Part shown: one piece after another, positions 44,501 to 52,686 of the stretch
Layout: every line of letters begins with the position of its first letter
Position numbering within the stretch: the stretch's first letter is position 1
IMG/VR virus record: IMGVR_UViG_3300035520_000350
Coordinates: 32,466-96,465 of that record
From: a virus
Lineage: Duplodnaviria > Heunggongvirae > Uroviricota > Caudoviricetes
Strand: one strand, 5' to 3'
Length of the DNA stretch: 64,000 nucleotides
Notes under the pieces: generated by a model
Databases searched by the model: none
What the model was told of the DNA's origin: nothing
What the model saw: only the letters and a program-made list of their open reading frames with translations
Position numbers and translations under genes: made by a program

Positions 44501-46305
44501 TGCTTAACTACGTTAAAAAGAATGGTAGTGCAACATCTGGTGGTGAGTCTGTTCCAGACAATAATATCACTAAGAACATCTGGGGATTCTTTACTAAGAA
44601 TGGATTTAGTCCTGCAGCTACTGCTGGTATTATGGGTAATATCTATCAGGAGTCTAGTATGGACCCAACTGATATTCAGGGTAAGGGTAAAGGTCCTGCT
44701 GCTGGATTATTCCAGTGGGAGAACTACAATACTAAGTCAGATAGATGGGCTTCAATGAACAACTATGCTGCAAGCAAAGGTAAAGATTGGACAGATCTTG
44801 ATTCTCAGCTTGAATATGCTCTTAAAGAGATTAACTCTAGTGACATCAATGAGAGATTTACTAGAAACCATTCAATTACTGATATGGATGGAAGTACTTA
44901 TAGTATAGCTAGTATTTCTGGAACTGATGCATTTAAGAAGGAAACAGATCCTGTAAGAGCTATGGAAGAGTTTGAGGCTGCGTTTGAGAGAGCAGGTAAA
45001 CCTAACTTTACTAGACGTGGTAATGCAGCAAAGAGTTACTATAATTTGTATTCTGGTTCTACTTATACTGGAAACTATGATTCCAATATTGGTTCTGCTA
45101 CTGGTGGAACTACATATGGAACAACAGATTCTAGTAGTGATACTACTTCAACTGCTGGATTCTTAGGATCTATTACTTCAGCATTCTCCGGATTGTCTTC
45201 TATTAATGATTCTATGAGTTCTATAAGCTCCGCTCTATCATCTGGAATTGGAGCAGCTCTTGGAGAAACAGATAGTAGTACAACAGATACAACAACAAGC
45301 TCTGGAACGACAACATCTGGTAGTGTAGCTGCCGCTAGTACACCTGCTGGACAAGGAACAGCTCAGAGCTTTATTGATATTGCTAAGAGTCAGTTAGGAG
45401 TAACTGAGGAATATGACAATATTACTCCTTACGGTAAATTCACTGGAGCTGACGGTGCACCTTGGTGTGCTTCATTTGTATCATGGGCTATGAATAAAGC
45501 ATTTAATGGTAATGATACTAAAGCCAAGAAAGCACTTAGAGGAGGTTATTCGGCTGCTGTATCTACATTATGGGATCAGTTCAAGAAAGCTGGTGCTATG
45601 TCTAGTACACCTGAACCAGGTGATGTTGTTATTTACAAGAATAATGGAGCATCTCATACTGGTTTAGTAGAGACAGTTAATGGAGATAATATTACCACCA
45701 TAGAGGGAAATACTTCTGGAGATAACTCTTACAACAGAAATGGTGGTATGGTAGCTAGAAAGAGTTACAACTATAAACAGAAAGATAAGTTAACTGGATT
45801 TGGTAGACCTGACTGGGATGGAGCGGCTGCTGCTGGAGCAGGTAGTGGATTATTAAGTAAGCTTGATAAAGCTACTAAGAACAGTAGAGAAGCTATGAAG
45901 GTTAAGCCTATTGAACAGAAGACTACTCCTGTTAAGAATAACGTAATCAAGTTCAGTGATAAGTCTGGTGGTGCTTCTTCTACTGAAACACAGACAACTA
46001 CTACAACAACTACTTCTAATACTAACAATAGTACATCTACTTCTACTGTTGTTACTGCATTGAATACACTGATCAAGTTGGTTAAGAGTTTAGTAGACAA
46101 TACAAGCTCTATTCCTACAGTGGGAACAACGCTTACAAACTATTGTGAAGCTTCTCTTACCACTAGTGTAACTACAGCTAAAGAAGCAGCTACGTCTTCA
46201 TCTAGCAGTAGTAGTACGTCTAGTAGTAGTTCAAAAGTAAGTCCAGAAGATGATCCATCATTACAAGATCTTATGAATACACTTGGAACTATAGCTGCAG
46301 GTTGA
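35539..46305 (+). CDS. Giant tape-measure-like tail protein (about 3589 aa from ATG 35539). It carries three C-terminal cell-wall hydrolase domains in series: a C39-like cysteine peptidase, a lysozyme-like (phage tail lysozyme family) domain, and a CHAP domain.
   Basis: SD AAAGGAGG before ATG 35539. Three glycine-zipper repeats (GAMGAGALIGAGASILTGAVVGPLAGAAIG..., GKGAGAGAIGGLFMGSPIIGAIVGG..., GAGMIAGMIGGPFGIAGNLIVGGALG...), each followed by S..K..LFG..D..G..QGG. Four ~65-aa repeats containing SGDVSG(L/I/V)W. C39-like domain GDIGCGPAVATMIG with GHYVMAKG near nt 43990-44400. Lysozyme-like domain GIMGNIYQESSMDPT...AAGLFQWE near 44620-44900. CHAP domain GAPWCASFVSWAM...ASHTGLV near 45440-45800. 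Confidence 0.65.
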   Translation: MANALQYVKNVGKSFGYSTIEMLESYNPQIKTLASQTKAFGSDLYQTIDDFKASMTDTGSEKGLLSLGKDSISELKKNLFEDLKSGNWYNKARAEEVEGAAVADMFGFDDEDFNLDDLDLDFSDDDFGEDNDDLAATFVEAEKESTDSIVGALDEVGNKASHAVATATVSSADFIVTSNRQSSRALYSLNQRGFHDLATGLGAINANISTIVSMGEPLTAHMQNAATFYTKSSEYQDKVLERLDILVKFASPESKTTNYRKEGTLDSILNDGVLDLSSYFDMLMGRFKDFKDDIIGMLDMLGGPEAAIKMVTASPLKFLTDNLVKFVFPTMIKNSMQQFNQHLESFFGAAIDKLQYATPDGDIGNLFDMIRDYVMPKSGYKDKIDTSMYLKGKAEWTGKDQKALRDVIPTYLAQITSAVTGKPETRYDYERGKFITISGIKNEFDSKAKRYAQSAGGDFLYDALDVVSKLGLNPEDQKKMKDQINEFFLNMFKTGKGEIMNLQKDNFEYQKYGLDDDSVKVLRDMLNSYAKLHKTDVANMAATEMRLQRDRYGDELRGIEANGGIFTSLFDNSSLPTTGEKAVKVRPGGILGVDKYNHDLFFYLQGIYQYTGHLSDNIGILGGGSPINPKGGSYRNRGKGVEPTPIKDIPYESTEEEKEKASKDNSNAQQSTAQSKAQSVYDTIFSRHEYDEGFTGQREKKDRRKEEAKSKLDADLDAGVISEEEYKEKIKELEEESSNASTEKFFKRMKEKGAKSEKLSGIRKVMDKIHGIFNKPAEVVSEILGAGEISMYHLLYGKGGDDEKGIFAYFYEKADSLFTKFDKFFEDKFDFSIKSWFKKMFGKAKDSDFVQETGEELKNAGRSVWDDVKRFTGFGTPSDEKEDNGEGETEPIDNGQAATGRKVTKTGIVAVSEGEMIIPSEYNPYYHGTNDKKTQLKNEANAIKKFYGRYARGGFAGAAKQSYDPETEEWIYYDAEGNEIGRREATEKEKLKQKGKFESGNSHGRTKRNFYRQKGKNPKNVKDFIFGSAAQLGNDLEDILKRFKPKKDEDSIIDKVVNEENRKRLKEANLPEEVVKNRGAMGAGALIGAGASILTGAVVGPLAGAAIGTGVGLVVRSEKVQKALFGEVDERTGERQGGILSKKISNFIVDQVPSIGKGAGAGAIGGLFMGSPIIGAIVGGTVGFVSSSEKAKEALFGKRDENGNWINEGLINSEIQKKVKEVAPNIGAGMIAGMIGGPFGIAGNLIVGGALGYVSTTDSFKDMLLGKKDKDGKRQGGLVGEIRTYFFGKKEDGEKQGVLTSITGIFQKVGNEISIHSRNIFKTIGKTIRKIVSAGVKSTLGQFIATSPIGKIGRAVGKGATAIAKLPFKAVRSTLSGVDSALGKRALKRGYGLLNSDGSKMTAKERLAAREDYGMNESVKFRLNKSYQSNRNLDQYLMDADETQLNELKSVLEYYEDPTKKYDNDERAYKKEFASKIEEYGISPETAVRLEKLAVGKGKFKPDENISTILANATDNKEQAQELENIFNDITSTRMGRVEALKDKDKARKDLLDKSGILGKVKGVDINSDSDIREMLSLINTEIEDRTKPDEEKDKQDQVEREETNTENITTIADVIQKIYDYITGKDDYEERVPEDTRNAIQEAMDNTEQSVRAASPSSVTNETEESTNTTTESTDNGAGETEPIGETEEAAVSEGETIINSRGYRRPSKIKNAINSIRGKFHRFVGRFAEGGIVGESSDEEFTNPVDQTRSIVANAVNLYTTGKNGFVLVDRDEDKAEVKESEDKLEENKETANTAREAIDNAKDLTKAKANTDDGGLKDSKSGIITQTDALGNIYQMKENNEGELEMDLSDSQTQQAMESQSKFKEAIYSIPLLGAGIKGISGLMGSLKSGLLGDGEEGESKSLLSTLIESLTGEDGVLSGLFSFFTNSPIGTAVSTVLSRVSLSGVLTGIGFPALIASAFTGAFDDLGASLSEKISALKGNETEGNGTLDNNKKYFIDGKEIAVDENGEFMKNEDGDYIAVDGTILSKDENIESYGTDTRISTQLKKNAILNTGGVAATAIASAGNFVKKLATGEKGTYTSSTAGKAILDASSSMANSVMATITKLLEKIPTVLSKIPFIKKWVNEESCTTICETLSKNLQSAVTSAGNGITKIAEKLGKVFAVIKVVNVIAQGIDAWGNAESILGIVDEATTGQRVIAVLIAVVNALIPVIGDLIPNKVLVNIFMEIAPKIGIDVSGLEEQREEAKAIVDQYNEETGSDLTIEAYNQMNGKAGVITKVKNWGSGLVANIKEKGFGTAVSNAASDIGTSVSNYVSDKVTNFKETFEESGLGEAVASTLDSILPGPIGDLAGNVARVTSLALSGDVSGVLGFNMVDVDENSGVLSKIINTILSTIVKIPETPIAVLFKGAHAVFNGIKSIVSKVTGYVTDTVNMMNTVKEDTVTLVNDPNSTLSDFFDFSVYKDDEDNPIGGLSKVIAVSTRISMFGQMIVSKIGKSIAEFVGGVATKIKNTATAAWSDKDALKETALSGDVSGLWSQEIELPEDTPVNGFFKVSHFLNKISYMPLAFFVNVGHKISDFVSGVADKVKTNVGSVATDYSNLKDIAESGDVSGIWDYTHEETEDSPLNGFVKAALFMNKLSFTPNALFHMVGNKISDFISPKIDTAKSDYLVLTEGTENLKSLSSDGDISGVWNAESPKFTDGGILSPLYKAIYNVQKIFYSITAIIHKIFGFISDTIGGIKDKFDDVVSTVSDTVDSVKEKVSGTIDNVKDTVSNVANGAFQSVKNWLTGSGSGLPVSKAKKYKGAGSNKNEMFVSQISDQYSSIPFGNSTVGDIGCGPAVATMIGNFEKPGSINMKTAISEAKGYEDEKGTTADYFKEVLNKRGLSSNYIDTQKATGQKDLVTDLANGKPAVLLGEDSTNDSKEASPFGPTGHYVMAKGFDDKGNIIIEDPESDTPDKAYSPNILSKVNMAVTTDQVGEENTDEMLNYVKKNGSATSGGESVPDNNITKNIWGFFTKNGFSPAATAGIMGNIYQESSMDPTDIQGKGKGPAAGLFQWENYNTKSDRWASMNNYAASKGKDWTDLDSQLEYALKEINSSDINERFTRNHSITDMDGSTYSIASISGTDAFKKETDPVRAMEEFEAAFERAGKPNFTRRGNAAKSYYNLYSGSTYTGNYDSNIGSATGGTTYGTTDSSSDTTSTAGFLGSITSAFSGLSSINDSMSSISSALSSGIGAALGETDSSTTDTTTSSGTTTSGSVAAASTPAGQGTAQSFIDIAKSQLGVTEEYDNITPYGKFTGADGAPWCASFVSWAMNKAFNGNDTKAKKALRGGYSAAVSTLWDQFKKAGAMSSTPEPGDVVIYKNNGASHTGLVETVNGDNITTIEGNTSGDNSYNRNGGMVARKSYNYKQKDKLTGFGRPDWDGAAAAGAGSGLLSKLDKATKNSREAMKVKPIEQKTTPVKNNVIKFSDKSGGASSTETQTTTTTTTSNTNNSTSTSTVVTALNTLIKLVKSLVDNTSSIPTVGTTLTNYCEASLTTSVTTAKEAATSSSSSSSTSSSSSKVSPEDDPSLQDLMNTLGTIAAG

Positions 46306-46323
46306 TATTGAATTACTATAATT

Positions 46324-46362
46324 AGGGTGGTACCTATACAGGTACCACCCTTAACTTTTATA
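46324..46362 (+). terminator. Rho-independent terminator.
   Basis: GGGTGGTACC/GGTACCACCC stem followed by TTAACTTTTAT. Confidence 0.55.
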
Positions 46363-46381
46363 TAATTATGATAAAGAGAGG

Positions 46382-47803
46382 ATGGTGTATTCAATGGCTT
46401 TAAGCGATTACTTATCCGATGAAGATCTGAGCTATTACGTTAGCTCTGACTATGCTGATAATAGTAATATAGATGCTTTACTAACCACTAACCTTAATGG
46501 TATATTTGGAATACCATACCAGTTTATGGATACAGTGGATAGAAGATTAAAGAAAACAAGTTTAGGAAGGAAGTATTCTGAGAAGATTGTATCACGTCTT
46601 CCATTATTGTTTCTTACTCCGGGTAAACAAGCATTTATGGATGACTTTACAGATGACGATGCTAAGTCTGTTATTAACTATCTAGCTGGTACTTTATCTA
46701 GTAAAAGTTCCGGTGATGTATCTCAGCTTATTACTGGTAAAGGCAAGTATTATTCTTTCCAGTATGACTATGCTACTTACTATACTTATGTAAATGCAAT
46801 GGCTCACTCTGTAGCTTACTATATGGGTATAGCTAATGAAAAAGTGAATATAGCTGATAACGGACGTAAGAAGTTAGGTACGTTTGATTGGAGTAAAGCC
46901 ACCAGTGATGCTTTTAAAACATTCTTCAATGCTTCAGAGAATGTAGTATTCTATCTTGATGGAATGACTCAGGTATCTGAATCATTTGGAAACAATACTA
47001 CAGAATCATCACTTGCTTCCACTATCAATGGATATTCTGATACAGCTAAAGAGATTCAGTTTGTATTAGGAGGTACTGACTCTGTAGTATCTAAGCTACT
47101 TAATGGAGCTGCTAGTGCTAGTGATAAGATTACTTCTTCATTATCTTCTGTAGTAGGAACCTTTGGTGGTGGATTACTTGAATCATTAGCAAACTCTGGT
47201 GTAACTTCTGTACTACAAGGTGGTAAGATTATATTCCCTGAGATATGGCAGGACTCTTCCTTTGATCGAGATTATTCACTTGATATAAAGCTGAGATCTC
47301 CTGATCATGATAGTCTTAGTATATACCTTAATATCATTATACCTTATATACATCTACTTGCTTTATGCTTGCCTAGAGGTATAGAGGATGATCCCAATGC
47401 TTATACTTCTCCATTCTTAGTTAAAGCATATTGTAAAGGTATGTTTAATGTAGAGATGGGTCTTATTACAGGAATGAATGTAACAAAAGGAGCAGAGTGT
47501 TGTTGGAATGATGATGGACTTCCAACTCAGATAGATATATCTCTTACTATCAAAGACTTATACTCTTCACTGTTTATGACTGGCTACACAGATAAAGTAA
47601 AGAATATTGTAAACAATACTTCTATGATGGACTTCTTAGCAAACATGTCTGGTCTTAACTTAGGACAGATGGAAATGGGTAGACGAATCAATATGTATAT
47701 CAATCTTACTAAATCTAACTTCTCTACTACACCAAGTAGAATCTGGACTAGATTTGATCAAAGAATAACTAACTTGATGAATGGACTTTACAATAAGATT
47801 TAA
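46382..47803 (+). CDS. Hypothetical protein, 473 aa. Position suggests a distal-tail or baseplate protein.
   Basis: Lies immediately downstream of the tape-measure-like gene. SD AGAGAGGA. No motif recognised. Confidence 0.4.
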   Translation: MVYSMALSDYLSDEDLSYYVSSDYADNSNIDALLTTNLNGIFGIPYQFMDTVDRRLKKTSLGRKYSEKIVSRLPLLFLTPGKQAFMDDFTDDDAKSVINYLAGTLSSKSSGDVSQLITGKGKYYSFQYDYATYYTYVNAMAHSVAYYMGIANEKVNIADNGRKKLGTFDWSKATSDAFKTFFNASENVVFYLDGMTQVSESFGNNTTESSLASTINGYSDTAKEIQFVLGGTDSVVSKLLNGAASASDKITSSLSSVVGTFGGGLLESLANSGVTSVLQGGKIIFPEIWQDSSFDRDYSLDIKLRSPDHDSLSIYLNIIIPYIHLLALCLPRGIEDDPNAYTSPFLVKAYCKGMFNVEMGLITGMNVTKGAECCWNDDGLPTQIDISLTIKDLYSSLFMTGYTDKVKNIVNNTSMMDFLANMSGLNLGQMEMGRRINMYINLTKSNFSTTPSRIWTRFDQRITNLMNGLYNKI

Positions 47804-47805
47804 AA

Positions 47806-47845
47806 TAGCGGAGTAGTTAATAGCTACTCCGCTGTAGTTTTTTAC
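47806..47845 (+). terminator. Rho-independent terminator.
   Basis: AGCGGAGTAG-TTAATA-GCTACTCCGCT followed by GTAGTTTTTTAC. Confidence 0.6.
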
Positions 47846-48000
47846 ACAACGAATCACTTTTATAGTAAACCATTATGAAACCTCTTCCCATACCACAATC
47901 ATAATGGTCCCATGAATTCAGAGCCTAAGTGTTCGTTACCACTTAATGGTGGTCCTCCTTGGGCTCTGCTCTTTTAGTGTTTTTAGAAAGGAGGAATATA

Positions 48001-48486
48001 TTGGAGGTAGAATTTATAGTACCAGGTAAACCAAGAGGCAAACAACGTCCTAAATTTGCTAGAAGGGGAGAGTTTACTACTACATATACTCCTACTCCTA
48101 CCAGAGAGTATGAAGAGAAAGTAAGAGTGGAATACAACAAAGCACAACGTGGAAGTTATTTTGAAGGTCCATTGGAAATAGATATACGAGGGGTGTTTCC
48201 AATTCCTAAGGCAGTAAGCAAGAAAAAGCGTGAACAGATGATTGGAACAGCTCATGATAAAAAACCAGATGCGGATAATATGGCTAAGATCATATTAGAT
48301 CCACTAAATAAGTTGGCATATCATGACGATGGTCAGGTATCAAAACTTAATGTGGAGAAAGTATATGGTTTAGATCCTAGAGTAGAAGTTAGTATAAAGA
48401 ATGTAACTAATGTATCTACTGAATCATACTGTCCATTATATCTCTTAACACACTACCCAGAACCTGCAATATATTATATTGCATAA
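48001..48486 (+). CDS. rusA: RusA-family Holliday-junction resolvase, about 162 aa from TTG 48001.
   Basis: EVEFIVPGKPRGKQRPKFARRGEFTTTYTP...YE matches the RusA N-terminal signature. SD GAAAGGAGG 6 nt before the TTG. Confidence 0.6.
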   Translation: MEVEFIVPGKPRGKQRPKFARRGEFTTTYTPTPTREYEEKVRVEYNKAQRGSYFEGPLEIDIRGVFPIPKAVSKKKREQMIGTAHDKKPDADNMAKIILDPLNKLAYHDDGQVSKLNVEKVYGLDPRVEVSIKNVTNVSTESYCPLYLLTHYPEPAIYYIA

Positions 48487-48503
48487 CTACTAGCGAATGA
48501 TTA

Positions 48504-48977
48504 ATGGAGGAATATAACAGAATGACTACTTATGGATTACCTGATGATTGGGTATATCAGGTCAAGAAAGCTTTAAACTATGGGATTTACTCTAATCCAC
48601 TGTATTTCTGTGAATTGAGTGAAACTATCGAAAAGAATATAGAGAATAAAGTAAGATTGAATAACTTAGTATCATTTGAGTTGAATGATACGGATAAGGA
48701 GATCAAGTTTGCTATTGATTCAAGCACTTCCAGTGTAGACTTGAAACCAATTATAAGTAAAATCTTAATTGATTCCATTATGGAGTTCTTTGAGAGACAT
48801 AAAGGGGAGATTGGTGTTTTGATTGCTAATATGACTGGTAAGTTTAACTATGCTGCTACATTTGAAGATATGCTTCACTATGGTATGACATCAGTAATGA
48901 GTAATCTCATTACGTACTTCACAGTGCCTGATACGGAGAGACCTTATATTATACATGGAGTACTAAGATTATATTAA
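48504..48977 (+). CDS. Hypothetical protein, 157 aa.
   Basis: ORF only. Confidence 0.5.
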   Translation: MEEYNRMTTYGLPDDWVYQVKKALNYGIYSNPLYFCELSETIEKNIENKVRLNNLVSFELNDTDKEIKFAIDSSTSSVDLKPIISKILIDSIMEFFERHKGEIGVLIANMTGKFNYAATFEDMLHYGMTSVMSNLITYFTVPDTERPYIIHGVLRLY

Positions 48978-49020
48978 AAAGATAAGGGGCTAGGCTAACA
49001 ACCTAGTCCCCTTTTATGTG
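48975..49020. terminator. Bidirectional terminator between convergent genes.
   Basis: AAGGGGCTAGG-CTAACAA-CCTAGTCCCCTT with an A-run on the left and a T-run on the right. Confidence 0.6.
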
Positions 49021-49022
49021 TC

Positions 49023-50003
49023 TTACATCGTTGATAAAGCTTCCTGAATGTAGGTAGCGTTTACTCTCTGTAACTGAAGAGTATTTACAGTCTCTAAGAA
49101 ACCATAGATACACTTAGCAGACTCAATAACAGAACCCATATCAAGTTTACCATCTTCAGTATACTGAACCATTAAGTCTTCATTCTTAACGATAGTTTCA
49201 GTAAGATTAATGACTACCTGCTCGAATACGTTTCTTGTTCTGTTGTTTCTTCTGTCACTACTATAACGTCTAGCAAGACGAGAAGATTCCTGTTCTACCT
49301 CTTCTTTATCTTCCGGTTCAGCTTCAGGATCTTCCTCTACAGACTTGATACGATCACTGAACTTCTGAGCAATATCTTCCAGAGCTTTCTTATCCTCATT
49401 GTTCTTCTTGATGAACTCCTGCTCTGCATCTGTAATACGCTGAGCAATAATATTGACGGCGTTGTTGATATCCTCATCTTTGTTCAGATCATCATACATC
49501 TCAGACTTCTTCTCTTCCGGAGTCTCTACTTCTTCTCCAGCTTCGTCTGCATCTGCTACAGCTTCCTCATCTGTATCTTCGAGGATAGATTCATAAGTTC
49601 CCTCTACTACTGCTTTGATATAATCAAGAGCATATGTCTTACCGGAGATCTTACTTAATACTGCTGTAGCTCCACCTGACTCTTTGATATAGTTCTTTAC
49701 CAAAGTATCAGCAAGAAGCATACCACTGTCTGTAAGAGCAGCATTCTCCTGTAAAGCTCCGATATAGATACCTCTAATAGCACTAGCAAGAAGATCAGTC
49801 TTAACACTCTCACAGAATTCACTGTAAGCTTTTTTACGTCTGGCATTCTTCTGCTTAGTACCATTATATATCTGATTCTCAATCTCAGCTTTTTCATCTA
49901 AAGCTTTCTTAGCCTTAGCCTGCTGTTTCTGCTGAAACGTAGCTCTGTAAGCATTCAGAGATTCAGCAGCCTCAAGAAGAGGACTGTTTCTTTTAACACT
50001 CAT
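49023..50003 (-). CDS. Acidic coiled-coil protein, 326 aa. Scaffold-like character.
   Basis: Glu/Asp/Lys-rich (EEAVADADEAGEEVETPEEKK, DPEAEPEDKEEVEQE). Lies downstream of two large structural-looking ORFs. Confidence 0.4.
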   Translation of the reverse strand: MSVKRNSPLLEAAESLNAYRATFQQKQQAKAKKALDEKAEIENQIYNGTKQKNARRKKAYSEFCESVKTDLLASAIRGIYIGALQENAALTDSGMLLADTLVKNYIKESGGATAVLSKISGKTYALDYIKAVVEGTYESILEDTDEEAVADADEAGEEVETPEEKKSEMYDDLNKDEDINNAVNIIAQRITDAEQEFIKKNNEDKKALEDIAQKFSDRIKSVEEDPEAEPEDKEEVEQESSRLARRYSSDRRNNRTRNVFEQVVINLTETIVKNEDLMVQYTEDGKLDMGSVIESAKCIYGFLETVNTLQLQRVNATYIQEALSTM

Positions 50004-50037
50004 AGTTTTAACCTCCTTAGTTAATTATAGTGATGTT

Positions 50038-52686
50038 TTAGACAATACACTCTACGTCAATACACGGTTCAAGACTATCTGTAGCCTCATTATATCTATT
50101 TCTGATACTGATAAACTCAGGTACCACATGAGGATCTGTAGATTCAAGAAGCTCTATGTGTTGTACACCTAACCAGAAGTTGTTGAAGTACATAAACTCA
50201 ATGTATACAGCAGCAGAACCATACTGATTCTCAAGCTCTGTAATAAGGTTAGGAATATGAAGACTACCGGTATCACTAATGTCTTCTACATAGTCTTTTA
50301 CATATGCTATCAAAGCATCCTTAGTATAGATATCAGAAGTACTAGCAAGCTTAGCTCTGAAGTTCATACTAATATCTACTCTATCAAGCATAGTATTCTG
50401 GGCATCTCCAATACTGAATGTCTGGGATGGTCCATAACTATTGAAGAACTTAAGATCTATATCAAAGTTATTCTCCACTTTGGTTAAGCAATCGTTAATA
50501 TAAGCTCTCTTTGTATTGAGAGCATCAAGGAATAACTTAACGTAACTCTCATCGAGTACATAATGAGCGCCAAGTAATGGAAAACTACTAAGTTTGAATA
50601 CTGTATCAGACTCAGCTTCAATCTTGGTATTCATCATATTGGTGTAGTTATAGAATAGACTAAGTCCTCCATCTATCTCATATCTATTGGTAACTGAATA
50701 TCCATCTAATCCAGGAACCATAGATTCAAGATCATATCTACCATGCTCTGAATCAAACTTAGCCAAAGTATAGAGATAAGCCTTAGGAGAACTCTCAAAA
50801 TATCCATAGTTCTTTTCTGTAGCAGAACCAATGATGCCAAGGTTAAGTAACTTGATATAGTTATCATTATCCAGACCATTATCAGTTTCAAGATTAAGCT
50901 CCCAAGTAGAGGTATAGTCTGTATAGTTGAAATTAGTCATTGTACACTCAGCCCATCTATAAGGAGTATTCTCTTTATAGATAACTATAATACACTTCAT
51001 ATTGTTATTGATAGTGGTTAAGTTATTGTCTGAAATCTCATAGTACATCTGCATATCTTCTTCTACAGACTGCATAAGAGAGAAACTGAATGTATAGACG
51101 TTTCTATCTGTAAGAAGCTTTCTTACAATATGATTCTTATTAGCGACAAACTGAAGATCACAGTTATCGTTAATCCAATCAAAGACAAAGTAACTATCAT
51201 AGTTTACATTAGTCATATAGAAAGCTGCATACAAAGGATCTTTACAGATAGCTATATTGAATACAGAGATATAGTAAAACATCTGATTGCTGAAGTACTC
51301 ATCAGAGTATAACTCAGGTATCTCTGATTCATCAATTACATAAGCTACTTTAGTATCTGCATTGTAAGCAAAGTAAGAACCGGCTGGAAGAATCATTCTA
51401 CCATCTTCACACTCAAAGCAATATGAAGAGCTTATATCTACTCTTATATCACAAGTATTGGTAGGAATGATATTTCCATACTCATCTTTCATCAAGAAGT
51501 AAGCATACCAGATTCTCTCTAACTGATTATCTACCTTCTTCTGTAATTGAAGTCTGTTCTCATCAGTATTGATAAGATTGAAGTAGTTATTCAAATCAGA
51601 TTCGGTAGTTAAGTATCCTCTAGACAATGCAAACTTAGGAGTTATCTCCTTAAGCTCATCAGAACTCTTCTTATCCTTACCATCGTAAGAATCAGTCTCT
51701 GGAAGTAAGTAACAGTTTATATTACTATATCCAAAGTCTGCTGATGTAAAAGCAGCGAATATAGCTTCTGTTGTATCGTATTCAAAATTACCACTAGCTC
51801 CTAATGTAGTCTGAGCTTCTACTGTTACATCTGCATTTAATCCAGGTGTGTAAGAACTAGAATCAAATGTGATTCTTACAGTGTGGTCATTAAGATACAG
51901 ATACCAACAATAGTACTTAACTCCAGAATCTACAGGAGATCCATAGAAGATTGGAGTAAGTCTAGTAGTATTGCCATTTTCTGTTACTTCCACAAAGAAA
52001 TCTGCAAGCTGATTAGTAAACTCAAAAGTGAATGATCTGTTATCAATAATACTATTGGTAACAAGCTTATCAGAAGTCCACTCAATGGTTACCTGTCTAA
52101 GTGTAGCTTGGAAGATAAGATACTTTGTATTATAAAGATTAGCCACTACAGGCTGCTTTAAGTATGGAGAAGATACATCAGATAATGCATTCTCATAAGT
52201 CATATCATATCTTGCTGAGTATACAGGAGAAGTCATCTGAGCTGTTTGATTCTTCTGTATGATTACGTCGTAATCGAAGTGAAACTCATAAAGATCTATA
52301 TAGATAGGAGTAGTCCTATCAAATACAAATCTATTGTTTTTCATATACTTATCAAGATCTGATACTTTAATACCAATGGTTACCACTATAGAAGCTGGTT
52401 GAGCATTAATATCAGTAACGTTCTGATATATAGCATGAGTCAGGATATTCTTCTCAAGCTTAGCTCTAGTAGGAAACATCTCGTTTCCAAGCTCACCTGT
52501 CTGTATAATAGCTGACTGAATCTTCTTAGATTCAAGATCGCCTATGAATCCAAAGATACCAATAGATAGAGTAGTCTCATCTTCGTCTTCGATGTATCTC
52601 TTCTTAAGATTATCTACCATCTCTACTATATTGTAGATATCAGTATTCGGATTCCATTCACTTGTTATAGTTGTATCAGAAGCCAT
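50038..52686 (-). CDS. Large hypothetical protein, 882 aa. Probably a structural virion protein.
   Basis: Long ORF whose start overlaps the stop of the upstream gene, so the two are translationally coupled. Confidence 0.5.
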   Translation of the reverse strand: MASDTTITSEWNPNTDIYNIVEMVDNLKKRYIEDEDETTLSIGIFGFIGDLESKKIQSAIIQTGELGNEMFPTRAKLEKNILTHAIYQNVTDINAQPASIVVTIGIKVSDLDKYMKNNRFVFDRTTPIYIDLYEFHFDYDVIIQKNQTAQMTSPVYSARYDMTYENALSDVSSPYLKQPVVANLYNTKYLIFQATLRQVTIEWTSDKLVTNSIIDNRSFTFEFTNQLADFFVEVTENGNTTRLTPIFYGSPVDSGVKYYCWYLYLNDHTVRITFDSSSYTPGLNADVTVEAQTTLGASGNFEYDTTEAIFAAFTSADFGYSNINCYLLPETDSYDGKDKKSSDELKEITPKFALSRGYLTTESDLNNYFNLINTDENRLQLQKKVDNQLERIWYAYFLMKDEYGNIIPTNTCDIRVDISSSYCFECEDGRMILPAGSYFAYNADTKVAYVIDESEIPELYSDEYFSNQMFYYISVFNIAICKDPLYAAFYMTNVNYDSYFVFDWINDNCDLQFVANKNHIVRKLLTDRNVYTFSFSLMQSVEEDMQMYYEISDNNLTTINNNMKCIIVIYKENTPYRWAECTMTNFNYTDYTSTWELNLETDNGLDNDNYIKLLNLGIIGSATEKNYGYFESSPKAYLYTLAKFDSEHGRYDLESMVPGLDGYSVTNRYEIDGGLSLFYNYTNMMNTKIEAESDTVFKLSSFPLLGAHYVLDESYVKLFLDALNTKRAYINDCLTKVENNFDIDLKFFNSYGPSQTFSIGDAQNTMLDRVDISMNFRAKLASTSDIYTKDALIAYVKDYVEDISDTGSLHIPNLITELENQYGSAAVYIEFMYFNNFWLGVQHIELLESTDPHVVPEFISIRNRYNEATDSLEPCIDVECIV

